A DNA stretch of 64,000 bases from positions 248,001 to 312,000 of the forward strand of contig LSRY02000013.1 of the NCBI GenBank assembly GCA_001643675.2, read 5' to 3'. The notes below the pieces were generated by a model, which did not search any database, was not told where the DNA came from, and saw only the letters and a list, made by a program, of their open reading frames with translations. The DNA comes from Monocercomonoides exilis PA203. Taxonomy: Eukaryota > Protista > Preaxostyla. The position numbers were made by a program, and so were the translations under genes. Positions 12,701 through 23,257 of the stretch are shown in pieces; the stretch's first letter is position 1, and every line of letters begins with the position of its first letter.

Positions 12701-13633
12701 AGTCAAACTACTTGTGATATTGTGAAAAATTGCTCCTCCATTATCATTTGATCGACAATTAAATAGACAATCAGAAAAAATAACTGGATTAGCTCCAGAT
12801 GTTGTAACTTTTTCATTGTAAACATGCTGAGCAAAGCAACGTTCAAATGAACAGTTTTTTGTGTTGAAGCCACCTATGCTTTTCATTCCTAGTACAAGTG
12901 TGCCTTCATAAGGTGAAATTGTATTCTCAACTTTTGTATTCTCAAACACATTTTCCACATTTGCAGTTGCTTGTGTTTTATTTGAAACGATACATTTACT
13001 TATATTATCAAATTGACAATTGATAACAGTTAAAGATGAAGTATATTCATTGCCCACAAATGGCTTCATGGAATTTATCAAAACTGAATCAAACGAACTC
13101 CAAGAAACAAACACATTGCAAAAGAGTTTCTCGTTTTTACTATCATCAGAAGAAACCAATGAACCAATCATTCGTGAAGAACTTGAAGCGAAAAGGCTGA
13201 TATTATTCAATTGAATTTTCCCATTACAACAAAACAGAGAATTTGCAATTTTGTCTGTTGTATATTTTATCCTGCATTCAAAAACAAAAACATCAGATAA
13301 TTCGTTGCAGTAAAGGACACTTTCGTTTCCAGAATTCAAAAAGGAAATATGAATTACCTCAATTGATGAATTCAAACATTTCATATGTGTTGATGCAGTT
13401 CCATTTTCAACATCTCCTTTGACATAAATACTTTCATTTCCATGTGACACTTGGCTGTGATACAAAAAGATATTCTCTTCTTTGCAATTTACCAAGAACT
13501 TATTTGATTCAATAATTCCAAAACATTTCATTTCATTCTTATCAAAAATGCAATGTGTCAGTTGTTGACAATCAGATGTATTTTTGGTGATTTTTGGGAA
13601 TACAACGAGAAGAAACAAAAATGAGAGTAACAT
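6788..13633 (-). CDS. Giant single-pass receptor-like protein (gene A, ~2280 aa): signal peptide, Cys-rich beta-helix/Pmp-like ectodomain with 3 CGxxxxxC modules, TM helix, C-terminal pseudokinase C-lobe
   Basis: Intronless ORF with likely start MLLSFLFLLVVFP at 13633. Repeated GGG/GGAI and FxxNxA motifs. TM WLLIVIIMAFVLLVILIVAVISTVRWRK. Kinase subdomain VIII-XI remnants RWKAPE...VFSIGMMLWECLTLQIPFGE...RP. Confidence 0.85.
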   Translation of the reverse strand: MLLSFLFLLVVFPKITKNTSDCQQLTHCIFDKNEMKCFGIIESNKFLVNCKEENIFLYHSQVSHGNESIYVKGDVENGTASTHMKCLNSSIEVIHISFLNSGNESVLYCNELSDVFVFECRIKYTTDKIANSLFCCNGKIQLNNISLFASSSSRMIGSLVSSDDSKNEKLFCNVFVSWSSFDSVLINSMKPFVGNEYTSSLTVINCQFDNISKCIVSNKTQATANVENVFENTKVENTISPYEGTLVLGMKSIGGFNTKNCSFERCFAQHVYNEKVTTSGANPVIFSDCLFNCRSNDNGGAIFHNITSSLTFIDCAFVECRSELKGGVLFTGYGYVNSDLTINNSYAINCSAKQLAGFSHLDYQMNLILSKVNYTRNHGEMGGGAVYLNRYVQNNTISECLFLECDEGEPVSNLGGGGLMIGDSKNIIVSDCGFFRCEAKFGGGINFAGDGTYGGDWTSLIKFCYFEDNLCREDGKDVSFKARWVSHAKKEIFIECRSMTEGNRRVVNGDADVSDWIFNGSLSELHLDGNAGIDHKACGKNERKCRTMQYAVEIANEFSQYQTKIVVENDVLTEGECKIGEKIIEIEKGVNGEATIVSKTILSSLFYVSSGSLSMSLFSIVRSSSDSSADATVFHLSGNGNMLVRGCKVTSDIEHNSDNKFRTSVAVFEGGTVEIEDTSISSFWLDQKSCISFGAECCVRMKNCTIEKINVNDGNGGGIEGSIGEGCCVEMVGCSMKNCNVYEGNGGGMLFFVSGGGSLLIGNETEKMMLYGCASESSRSGGGYGGGMWICCKEENTLLTLSHLTFNANRAIVGKDMFLKCHSLIEIVNSSSCGWASLIEQEDRNNSLRGIDDVWFQEKDEDLFYLILGYKASMVFVSSTKGMNHIGCGQSVFECRSVDYGVNRIAGEGELCVKVNVNAHIEQEFIIDNIGIESINDAYADLRIKIGEEKKRENIVEVKDGTLRKLNLQLNCTTPVKYKGVISHCFPDSLLTVANCRFVCGEDSCVAESIFVISDGIINFEYCCFFLIPLIKSALVINSALQVPSEENSVRSVLMDSCDIESMSGRGESACVMESHTVENIQSILVKNSTITECSSEKSRFGGSFFVAVCDRTTFEMNESKVVRCGTKVGKGGGIYIEGIHTHEEILPILFSNVNFRKNEAIVGRDIFVVCELLRKQINESQFLLDFREPPYDRENAIWGTDSTEPISDVDLIPLIVTYRNELIFVNDVSNESADVNPCGQWIQPCASLGYGLGHIIPSGYSQVIVVSETAVGQECECRDVAVRSGSMSERSKVKMEEKFKESSYGTGTINCCGSVKFEKIDIMFLRGYESTCEAVILIKDGQSTFSMSSFGSLAEIIELTEAVIEVKSGSVVLIDVSFELLSTRNSVIVVNEACSFQANSVNIHEINSTLSFITAFRAIIHMDEMEITRCLMNESIISTVDSKVSLISFECNSSIVKTFISSDSCNISFEKICIKSVEGVHDLISIIATESKISIKELDVRNFKLQSGSAIELMQHAQMLSEKLEGYCEVEHVFMSNVTSMESYACGMAISSCKIPNNLANCSFLSCSSLAEKGRILAIKECTNVTMSVCEFDGEINEEVSVFNHKDSKGEDICQWNESIIDNANSSISIIESIVENGKSGGLSAFGGFTTIKMGMFVNNNPLIPSFKSARRNIVCRNGGVIDIASLKGGDGLLPGSSLWILNDGCLLRGIVKERTSAFFIPVLDSVELASISTDKTRITFLGKYLIPCNLSMQLQQKNGKEEVMIIKMTNASDFVSENVICSDLHLSELPSINEETEISACLLFGNADAPSSTDSFILKNRSEPKIDENERIVEGGKEGKSYWLLIVIIMAFVLLVILIVAVISTVRWRKQKKRTEELEVIVENTVRKDPKAFEMVTMEISPEEQWRRAEREAEKKNDERMKKRVYAKSLGHSESSEHLLSESGSTEYILGKDSDKIPDWALEKEEEEEIRKQTPSPSISSTSTTDSDSTFVRGEDLCPTTSSMSNLVDAMACSSPHEKLIVDLRDSLFMLLHGRNKTKEMPIGSLKEREQTAAQILFWVANGAIHSFDEMENPLQSLANLSPHIVLFSEHMVICIVMHSDFSSDDDSDSSSISSSTVATSASDDDDDDRDSLPSSAFEDEDDNKKECLRWKAPELQMNKKMGATKKSVVFSIGMMLWECLTLQIPFGEYEAVIAGDKIAKGERPDVACIRKSTLSRLSSICFSQQNEQRPNLADVKRELIQRFPSGAVMFTMSDAIDNEPESGGCISEDESGSASAFN

Positions 13634-13968
13634 AATAATTGTTTTTGTTAAATGAGGAGAAAACTCTTTCGAGAACGAGACTCTTTGATCTGCAATTTTT
13701 GATCTGAAAACATAATAAGACAATATCGTTTAAGTAAATAAGGGATCTCTCCATTTTATAAGCTCCACTTTATTTTTTTTATCTCTCATATTGAGTTATA
13801 TGATGTTTGTAATTCACTGAGCATTTCAAAGCGAAATTGAACCTCCGATGATTCGAAACATTTTGATCACACGCAAATAGAGAAAAAAACTGATAAAAAT
13901 TGGTATTAATGTTTTATTTGTCAAAAAAAAAAAATGTTTTTTTTTAAAAGTACCTCCAGTTCAATTTA

Positions 13969-14134
13969 CAGGTGAAAATGAAAACCGAATATTTTCATCA
14001 AATTTTCATTCCAACTCACCAGAATTCATCAACGTGGAAATAATAACATTGTCAAGCATATATCCACGTTCTGGTGAATTCTGGTGGGTTGTAATGAAAT
14101 TTTGATGAAAACAATTTATTTTCATTTTCACCTG
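13969..14134. mobile_element. 166-bp foldback (MITE-like) element with CAGGTG...CACCTG ends
   Basis: Left arm CAGGTGAAAATGAAAA...TTTTCATCAAATTTTCATTCCAACTCACCAGAATTCA...AACGTGGA pairs with right arm TCCACGTT...TGAATTCTGGTGGGTTGTAATGAAATTTTGATGAAAA...TTTTCATTTTCACCTG. TA on the left flank, AA on the right (imperfect TSD). Confidence 0.6.
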
Positions 14135-14504
14135 AATATAACACCAAAGAAACTTCACATTCAAATCAAGATATTTGAAAAAAAAAAGTTATGTTTATTT
14201 TTTCTCAAATTGAAATACAAAAATGGTTATCAAATGATCCAACATTGTGAATCAAATAATAATAAAAATTCGCATCAAATAATTTAATGAAAAGTCAAAA
14301 AAAGTTTATTTCAACAGGAGAAAAGAAGTTTTATTATTTTCTTTTTCAAATAGCAATTGTGATTGCATATATTGGCATTTGTGCAAGAAGCTATTATCTT
14401 GTTATTTTTTTCGAAACACTTGTTCAATTTCATGCATGTGGAAAATTATTTCATCTCAATACGACCACAAACTTTTATTTGTTTCATTCAAAAAGATTGC
14501 AATC

Positions 14505-14505
<1 letters not shown>

Positions 14506-14544
<39 letters not shown>
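14506..14544. repeat. Poly-T tract
   Basis: Uninterrupted run of about 39 T. Confidence 0.9.
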
Positions 14545-14545
<1 letters not shown>

Positions 14546-14965
14546 ACTTTTGCAAAACAAATCTTTTTTTGAATATATTTTACGATATATTCATCACAAT
14601 TCTCCAAAACGAAAATATTTTGCCCCATATGGGGAAATATTAAGATTTTCAAGTTTTTTCGTTCAAAGCATTAAAAAAAACGTAACATTCATACTGGTGA
14701 TTATTTTTAAAGCCATGTTATTTTTTTCAAAAATTTAGGTTCGAAAATTTCTTTTGAATGTCAACAAATGAACACTGAAAAGTGAACAAACGTATTCAGT
14801 ACCTCTTTTTTTTCAGATCATGCATTTGTTTTTGAAACAGTTGCGACAATTTTTGCATTTATATACATAATCTCTTCCCAAAAGCAAACAATCTTTGAGA
14901 AATCAATACACCGAAAAAAGTTATGATTCCAAAAATAATGATATATGTATTAATGATTCATTCAC

Positions 14966-15034
<69 letters not shown>

Positions 15035-15038
15035 GAAA
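14966..15038. repeat. Poly-A / (AAAAG)n tract
   Basis: Long A runs followed by AAAAG repeats. Confidence 0.9.
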
Positions 15039-15231
15039 CTTAATTGGATGTTATTTTTGAAAACTGGAATCATAGAAATAGTTGAAAAAGTGATATATTG
15101 CCTCAATCGAATTTCTATAAACGAACCCACTCTATTCATTTTTTGGTCACAAATATTCGAAAAAAAGTGCTAAAATTTTCAATAAACAAGCTTGATGTTG
15201 AATATTTTTCACGATTGAAACATTGGAGGTA

Positions 15232-15628
15232 CAGATATCGCATAAAATACCGGACATCGCACAAAATACCGGACAAGATCGATTTCACAACAACTGCAAG
15301 AGGAATAATTCTAACAATTTTCCTCAAAATATATCTCTTTAATACAAACTCAATTGATAAACGAGACTTTTTTCATAGCTTCATTTGTGCTCAGAAAAAA
15401 TTATTTTTAAAATCTTGGAGAAATAGGATTTTGAGTTTTCTCCAAATTTCAATTGTATTTTTTTTCTGAGCACAAATGAAGCAATTTTGAAATCCTCGTA
15501 TATCTAATGAGTTTGTCTTAATGAGACATATTTTGAGGAAAATATTCAGAATTATTCCTCTTGCGGTTATTGTGAAATTGATCTTGTCCTGTATTTTTTG
15601 CGATGTCCGGTATTTAATGCGATATCTG
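15232..15628. mobile_element. 397-bp Tc1/mariner-type foldback MITE with TA target-site duplication
   Basis: TA-CAGATATCGCATAAAATACCGGACATCGC ... GCGATGTCCGGTATTTAATGCGATATCTG-TA. Imperfect inverted arms of ~190 bp around a short loop. Tandem 19-bp subterminal repeat ATCGCA(T/C)AAAATACCGGAC. Confidence 0.85.
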
Positions 15629-16299
15629 TATAGCAAATAAATAAATAGTGAACCTTTGCAAAAACAATTACCATAGGTGCAAATATAACACATTTGATAA
15701 ATTGAAACCAAGAAATAATCGGAATTTTCAAAAAAGATGAAAGAAATGTGATATTTCAAAAGAAGAAAAAAAAAAAAAAAAAAAAGGAAAAGAAAACGTA
15801 ATATTCAGATAAAATTCAAGAGATTAATGCCCGTAAAGATATTATTAACAGTCATTCCGAATATTTCTAAATTAGGAAAATTGAAAATTACTCCAAATAT
15901 TGTTTCAATTGTTTTGTTTCTGTTTTATTTGCATGGTTCAATTTCTAAAGAATGAAATTCTCACATTTTGAAAATGCAAACTTTTTGTTGTTGTTTTTTT
16001 TATTAATTTTATTTTTAATTTATTTATATTTATATTTATATTTTTTATTGTTGGAATTATACTGGAAATAAATTACGAAAACTTGTTGAAAAATCAACTA
16101 TTTATTGAAAGATTTGTTATTTTCAAATAAACTTTGAAAAATTATATAAAGATTTAATAAATAATTTATCAATCATATAATAACAATAAAATTTCAACAG
16201 AAAACACAGAATGTTGTTTTTTAACTTTTGTTTCAAAAATTAGAGGGATTTGATCAAATTTCATCTGTTATTTAATTGGCTGCTAACAATTTTTCCACC

Positions 16300-17662
16300 A
16301 TGGCAGATGCTTTACAAACATTTATTTCAATTTTACTTCCCATTGCTATGGTTGCATGTGGCTCTGTTGTGGTTACAATGAAAAAATTGCAATTCCAGCA
16401 AATTGTTCCAGGAAAAATTGTAAAGCCTCATCCTTTTAGAAAGCCATGGTTTGTTAGAAGCAAAAAGTTATTGTAGTCATTAAATTTTTTATATTACATT
16501 TTTAACATTTGCTATTGCATCGATTATCAATTCACAAATATTATTTAATTGCTGCATCAGCTTTCAAGTTCTAATGCTTCAATTTGCAGAGACACTTTGT
16601 TTGATATGGTTTGCTTGCATAATGTGCTATCGTAAGCGTAAAGAAAAAAAACGTTCAAATGCACTATTGGAAAATGAAGATAACGATAATGATGGAAACT
16701 TGAATCAAAATCCTCAGGGGAAAAAGGAATCCAAGGCTAAATTTATTTTGTTGCTTTGCGTTAGGATGCTTATTCCAGCTATACTAGATTTATGCTGCAG
16801 TATTTCTGCGTCATTTGCCATCCTTCTTGCTCCGCCATCTCTGATGGAAGTTCTTACTTGTTCAATAATAATTTTTTCTCCATTTTGGAACATTCTGTTT
16901 CTTAAAAGGCGATATAATTGTTATCAAGTTTCTTCTGTTCTAATTGCCCTTGCCGGCGCTGCGCTAGCATCGTGTTCGTCCTTATTGACCCCTTCTAAGT
17001 CTGGAGAAAATCCAGTTTTGGGTGTAATTCTCATGTTGATTGGTCAACTAGCATCATCCTTTCAATATGTTATTGAAGAAAAACTCATGTTTAAACGTCG
17101 GTATGAACCAGCTCTTGCAATGGGAACCGAGGGATGCTTGGGGATTGTAATGATGGTTATTTTACTCACAATATTTCAAGTAATACCAGGGAAAGAGAAC
17201 GGTAGCGTCGAAAATACATTGGACAGTTTTGTTCAGATTAGTAACAGTTCGAACCTTCAAATATTTATTCCTGTGTATACGGCAGCAGCACATTGCTTTT
17301 TGTTTTCGGGGATTAACGTTACTAGACGTTTTTCATCTTTGCATCGTGTTCTTCTTTCAGCATGCAAAGCAGCACTTGTGTGGATTATACAATTAATACT
17401 TCATCCAGCCACTGGTGGAAAGACTGGAGAGGTTTGGAAGACCGACTCATCACTGATGCAGCTTTTTGGATTTCTGACGCTTATCACTGGCAACGTTTGT
17501 TTCCAGGTTTCAACAGCAAGAAAAATGAAGCAAATGAAGCTAAAACAAAAAGAAGCACAGCAGCAAGAGAATGAAGCACAGAAATTGGAACAAGTGTCGC
17601 AGCAGCAAGCACAGGAATCGATCACAAGCGGTGACAATATTCGTCCTTCTTCTCAAGAGTAA
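16300..17662 (+). CDS. Drug/metabolite transporter superfamily, SLC35F6-like nucleotide-sugar transporter; one intron (16449-16560)
   Basis: About 10 TM helices. Motifs HPFRKP.FQ...FAE, IPAILDL, SFQYVIEEKL, MGTEG..G, ENTLDSFVQI and NVTRRFSSLHR. Confidence 0.8.
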
Positions 17663-18515
17663 CATGCAACTTATTAGCGATTTTCTTTTGTATTAGCGTT
17701 TTATTATGTATTTAGATTCCGTACATGAGATAGCACACACCGTGCTGTCATTTTCAAAAACTTCTTTTTTTTTTCTCACTCCACAATTGAAGTTCTCGCG
17801 ATCGAAAGAAGCTTAACTTTATTAGCCTATTTTTCTGAAAAGTGAACAATGCTTAATGATCTTTGTTACGTGCATTTTAAATGTTCCGAGTTCTTTTTGA
17901 TGTTATTCAAAATTTTCCTTTGATTACTCTCATTTCACTTTAATATTTAGTATTGCTGAATATTCACCACAAAATTACACTCTTTTTTATTCTTTATGAA
18001 CTGCAATTGTAATGGAGAGAATCGTTTTTGCATTGTTTTCATAAAATAAGTAATTTTTTCCTTTTCAAAAGGAAAGATTCATTCGAATACATATTTTGTT
18101 GAAGATTGAAAATTTGACAACAAAAAATTATTTTCCCTTAAACGTTTCATTTTATCAGTTCATATGGTTACATCACAAATAAAAGAATCACTAATTGTTT
18201 CTATCTTTCACATCCAAATTGAGAACATGTGAAAAAATATTCTCCAATTTCTCTCGTTTAAATTTCGGTATAATCAATTAATATTTGTTATTTTGAAACA
18301 AAGCAACAATAACTGCGCCTAAAAAATAAAAAGAAATTAAATATTTTTCGTCATAGTTTTTTCTTCAGAATTTGACAAAAAGAAAGAATTAGAATCCTCA
18401 TAAACATAAACTCCAAAAATATCAATTTATACAAAATAAAAATCTGATTTATAAACACATCGTGGTGTAATTGATTTAATATGCACTTAAAAAAAAAAAA
18501 AAATATTTTTTACAG

Positions 18516-21500
18516 TTATCCCATCGAAGGAAGTGAAATATCTTGGAACAATGGCTTTTCACCCAACGACTTTTCTCTTTCGATATGCTTGATGGTGTTG
18601 TTGAAGTATGATTGCATCGGTCCAATTGTAGCTTCATCAAGACCAGGCAAGCGCTGTTGCACAAATGTTATGATAGCAATGATTTGTCCGGAAATTGGCT
18701 GGAAAAAATATTCAAAAAGAAAATTATAAGAATATTTCATAAAACAAGATAATGAAAATTATATTATGAAAATAAAAAAAAGCAACAAGAATAATATTGA
18801 ATTCAAAAATGTCAGAACAGAATCTTCACAATATGAGATCGAATTTCTTTTTTGATGAATGCAAAAAAAGATTGTTCCCCGTTCTGTTCTTCCGTTGCAT
18901 CTTGCATCACTTGTCCACACTACACCATCCATTCATTCATGCAGATGGGAAGTTCTATCTAGTGTGCCTCTTTTCTCTTTCTTTATTCTCAGCATCTCCA
19001 TCTGATATTATTCTCTCATTCTCTCATTCATAATACTCTTTTTCCACTCATTCATAAAATTTCATACCTTGTCAATGTTCTTTGCCAGGAAGTACAAGTT
19101 CTCGTTCAATATTTCTGCAAAGATCGTAGTCTGAATGTTGAGTTGAGTAATCTTGTCTGCTAATTCTCCGCTACGCTTCAAGCATTCCACAACATGAACT
19201 GAGTTGTGATAAGGATTCTATGAACATTAAATGAAAATATAAATATTGGAAAAGAGGAAATAAATAATTAATATAATGAACAAAACAATAAAATAGTAAA
19301 AGATTGAATATTTTTACATAAAAAAAAATCGAGCATCAACACAAAGTATCAGAGGTAGTGACAAAAGCATTCAACAGATTAAAAAAATTCTGTAACGCTT
19401 TAAAATTTGCATCATAAATTATGGAATAAATAAAATGTGCACATAACAAATATAAAAAACATAAAAAACTGCCTCCTTCCTCACTCTTATAAAAATTAAC
19501 AAATTGTCTGTAGAGCATACAACATCGTCTCTATCAGCCCAGAACAGATGAGAGCAAAGGCACACAGCACGTGCCTGATCTGGACGCTTCACCAATTTCG
19601 AAGAGTATTGTGTCGTCTTCTTTATCAAAGTATCGTAGTTGTCTTCTTCCATACTGAAAAATGAAAAAGAAGATATTCAAAAATGATTAGAAATTCGTAA
19701 ATATAATTTCAAATAATTATAAAAAAGTATTTAAAAAATGAAAAACATTAAAAAAAAGCCGAAGTAGATATGCTCAGACATAAAAATTCTCAACACATAG
19801 AGATTCTGAGAAATTCTAGAGCAATTTTTGATTCATCATAGCATATCAAATGACCATTCAATAATTAAATTTTGTTTATTTTTTTTGCCTTTCCCAAATC
19901 CTAATTCTCTCATTAACATACTTTCTTGTTTGCTGCAATGATCCGATGAATGTTCTCAGAGCCAAGAACTGCATCTTCGAGTCTGCCACTCCTTCTTCAT
20001 AGACAACACACGCCTGCGACATGAACTCATACGAATACTGCTGGTTGAAGCATCTATCAGCAGAAAGCATAGCTTGTGTGCACATACGAATACCCAAATC
20101 TGGGAAGTGCTTTCCAATGACTGAGATAATCTCCATCACAAACTGGTACACTTTATCAGACGAGATAACAATCTTGGCCTTTGTCGAAACCGATCCATCT
20201 TTCGACTTGGCCTTCCTTGAGCCACGTGGAAATGCAACTGTTGTTTCAGTCACATCGCTTGATTCCTCGCTTGTCAGTTCAGATTCACCTCCTTCTGTTT
20301 CCGTGCTCTCATCGCTTCCTGTTGCTTCCTCTTCTGCTTCTTCGGCTTCTCTTTCGATTCTTGCAATTCTCTCTGCAAGTCTCAACGAAACGAAGAAGAG
20401 TGGAGTAAGAGCATATTTCACTCTCTTTATGCCTCCCTTTCCGAAATACTTTCTGGCCACATACAAAAGTCTGAACATAGCATCAGTATCATCGTTATGC
20501 AACATATGAGATATCTTCGCAACATTGTTTTGCTCAGCTTCAAATTCCTCCTCGTCTGCTTTGTCTTGCGCTCCATCGTCAGCAGCTGCAAGAGGATCAT
20601 CAGCGATCAGTGGACGCACAAATTCAAAGAGCTTTTCGAGGATTTCTGGCTGGTCGATGACTGGTGGGCATTTGTTCATAGCATTCATAATGATCATTGC
20701 CATCTCTTTTCTCGGCTGTGGTGCCAACAAAGCAATCATATCAGACACATGAGGCAAACGAAGCATGTCCTTTGTTGAGAAATATGCGCTATGTCCATCT
20801 TCACCATCTGGAGATGGAGAAGGTGATGAACCAGATGCACCGCCTGCACCTGGAAGCATAGCCGCTGCAGCCTGCTGTGCTTTCTGGATAGCATGTTGCA
20901 AAGGTGCAGTGATAAGCTGATTAAGCACTTTCACCTCTCCTGAAGCAGTTATAGAGCCTTGTGGAACGCCATCAAGAGCAATCAAGCATTTCTGATAGAC
21001 TCTGTCAACATAATCGCTGAGTGAGCTTGATGGATACACAGCAATCACCAGATGCAACAAAGCATCATACAGACGTAATTTTCCGGCTGTCTTGACAATT
21101 GCGCGTCTTGTTTTCAGCACATCATTGACAGATGTGGAAAGGATGTCAAACAGGGATGATGTTGCATCTTTGCTCACCTTGTTTGGATTGTCCACACAGA
21201 ACATAGTCAATCTCTCGATCAATCGTAAGATCAGATCTTCAACATCAACGGAGTCTTCCATCTTTCCAAAGCAAGAAAGATATTTCTCCAGTGAAATCAG
21301 ATGAAATTCACATGGGAAAATCTGAATGATAATTTCCATTAAATAGTATTGTGCAACAGCATCGTGACAATTCACAACTTGCTCCAAAATTGCAGGAAGG
21401 ATCAAGGATTCATAAAGACGTTCGTCTACGCCATCCAAATTTGATACATTCACCAGATTAGTACCAATCAATGTTCTCAACTCTTGCCTTTCTTTTTCTC

Positions 21501-22301
21501 TTCTCTCTCGATCGCGAGATGTTCCAAGATATTGCATACGGACCCACAATTTGTTCATCTCCACAAAATTGGCAAGAACGAATTCCAGAGAATCATTCAA
21601 TACACCATTTGTTGGATTTGATGAAGAACCATCGGGCAATTTGTCTTTCGTCATTTGTGACAAATAACTTCGAAGGAAAAGCCCTCTCATAGGATGTTGA
21701 ACTCCTTTCGACATTTCTACAAGATCCTTCAAAACTCCTTTTGCAGGGGCTTCTCCAGAACGAATGTACACTGATCCAACGCAAATCAAAAGATATAATC
21801 TTGATAGAATATTTGTGGTGTACTGTGCCCGCTCGTAAAGTTCGATCATAGGTGTTCCTTTTTTGTTTTGCTCCCCAATGAACACTTCGAAATCTCTTAA
21901 TCTGTTGAATACATCCATGTCTTTTAAATTACGTTGAACGCATAGACATAAGATAAGAAGCAAATAAACAAAATAAAGTTTCACAAGTTCAATAAATAAT
22001 ACAAAAATATTTGACTAAAGCACACATAGAGCATAATATTTTTGTGGTGTCAAAAGGGATGTTCTAAGCTCATCACAAATTAACGCTGCATATTTGAATG
22101 CATCGTTGACATTTCCCATATCCATAGAACGAAGCATTGCACGGTGGTTATCCGCAATTGTTTTCAAACTTGTGTTCAACCATTCCTATCATAAAATTTA
22201 TATTGATCTTGTGTCCAAAATGTAAAACTCGATCAAACCTGTTCGTTTTGTGAAAAGATCGTATCTTCTTCGGGCTCAAAACGTCTTCTTCCAGCTGACA
22301 T
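18516..22301 (-). CDS. VPS35: Retromer subunit VPS35, multi-exon
   Basis: Motifs RLYLLICVGSVY, LKDLVEMSKGVQHPMRGLFLRSYL, NFVEMNKLWVRMQ, RERREKERQELRTLIG and KRPDQARAVCLCSHLFW. Upstream and downstream exons joined by GT-AG introns. Confidence 0.97.
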
Positions 22302-22499
22302 TTTCAAAATGATATACTATGGGAAAAGATCTTTAAACATAAATTACAGATAGGATCATATAATGTTGAAACTGTTGAACAATCCTTCACAAAAAATCAT
22401 ATAAAAAATTATTTATTTAATGCAAGATAAAACAATGAAATAAATGAAGTGAGAAAATCAGAATAAGTGCTTTTTTTTGTTGTGAAATGCTCAGAAGTT

Positions 22500-23129
22500 T
22501 CACTGCTCTTCACCTCCTTCTTGTGCATCCTCCATTTCTCCTGCTGCATTTTCATCTCGTTGCGTATCCTGCTGTTCTGTGTCCTGCTGTTCTGTGTTTT
22601 GTTCTTCTGTTTGTTCTTGATTTTCACCCTGCTCTTCAACTTGTTCCTCTTGATTCTCTTCAATCGGTTCGTTCAGTCCTTCATCTTCTTCATGAGGCGT
22701 GTCTTGACTTGTTTCAGAATATCTGGTAGTATTTGGATCATAACAAGAATTTCTTGATGCTCCTGTGGAGCCCATTGCTGTCCTGCCCATTCGTTCCTTT
22801 CCTCCCAAATCAAAGCTAAGAATAATAAAATCAAAATAACTGATATTCAAAAAAATTCGGAAATATTCCATACAAGGCCAATTGGGATTCAAGTTTTGTT
22901 GTAAGTACTGTTGTATCAACAAGAAGTTGACGAATGACGGACTCTGTTGACCTGAAAAAAAACGAAATTTTAAAAATTTTACAAATGTGTTGTTTAAATG
23001 GTAGAAAACAAAGTTTAACAAAGTTTAATTTATCATAAAAAATAAATTGAAATGAGGATAGTTTTATTGGTAACATTCTTTTCAAATTAGAAGAAAAAGG
23101 AAAAATACAAACTGTTTTCCTTTTGACAT
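22500..23129 (-). CDS. Small hypothetical protein (~136 aa) with acidic Q/E-rich tail; predicted exons 23129-23113, 22951-22874, 22815-22500
   Basis: Two GT-AG introns give the continuous frame MSKGKQSTESVIRQLLVDTTVLTTKLESQLAFFDLGGKERMG...EGGEEQ*. No family recognised. Confidence 0.6.
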
Positions 23130-23257
23130 TCTTTATATTAAGGGTATTTCGATATAAAAAATTAAAAAAAAATTAAAAAATAAAATTAAAAATAAAAAAA
23201 AAAAAGGAAATATTAATTGAAATGGTTGTGAAATGAATGAAATGTAATTTTCGATAA

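Noticed and set aside
14300-15200. Possible large inverted repeat anchored on the poly-T and poly-A tracts
   Set aside because: Flanks do not align convincingly by eye beyond AT richness.
17729-17750. Small hairpin GATAGCAC-ACACC-GTGCTGTC downstream of the transporter
   Set aside because: An 8-bp stem is within chance expectation; no RNA family features.
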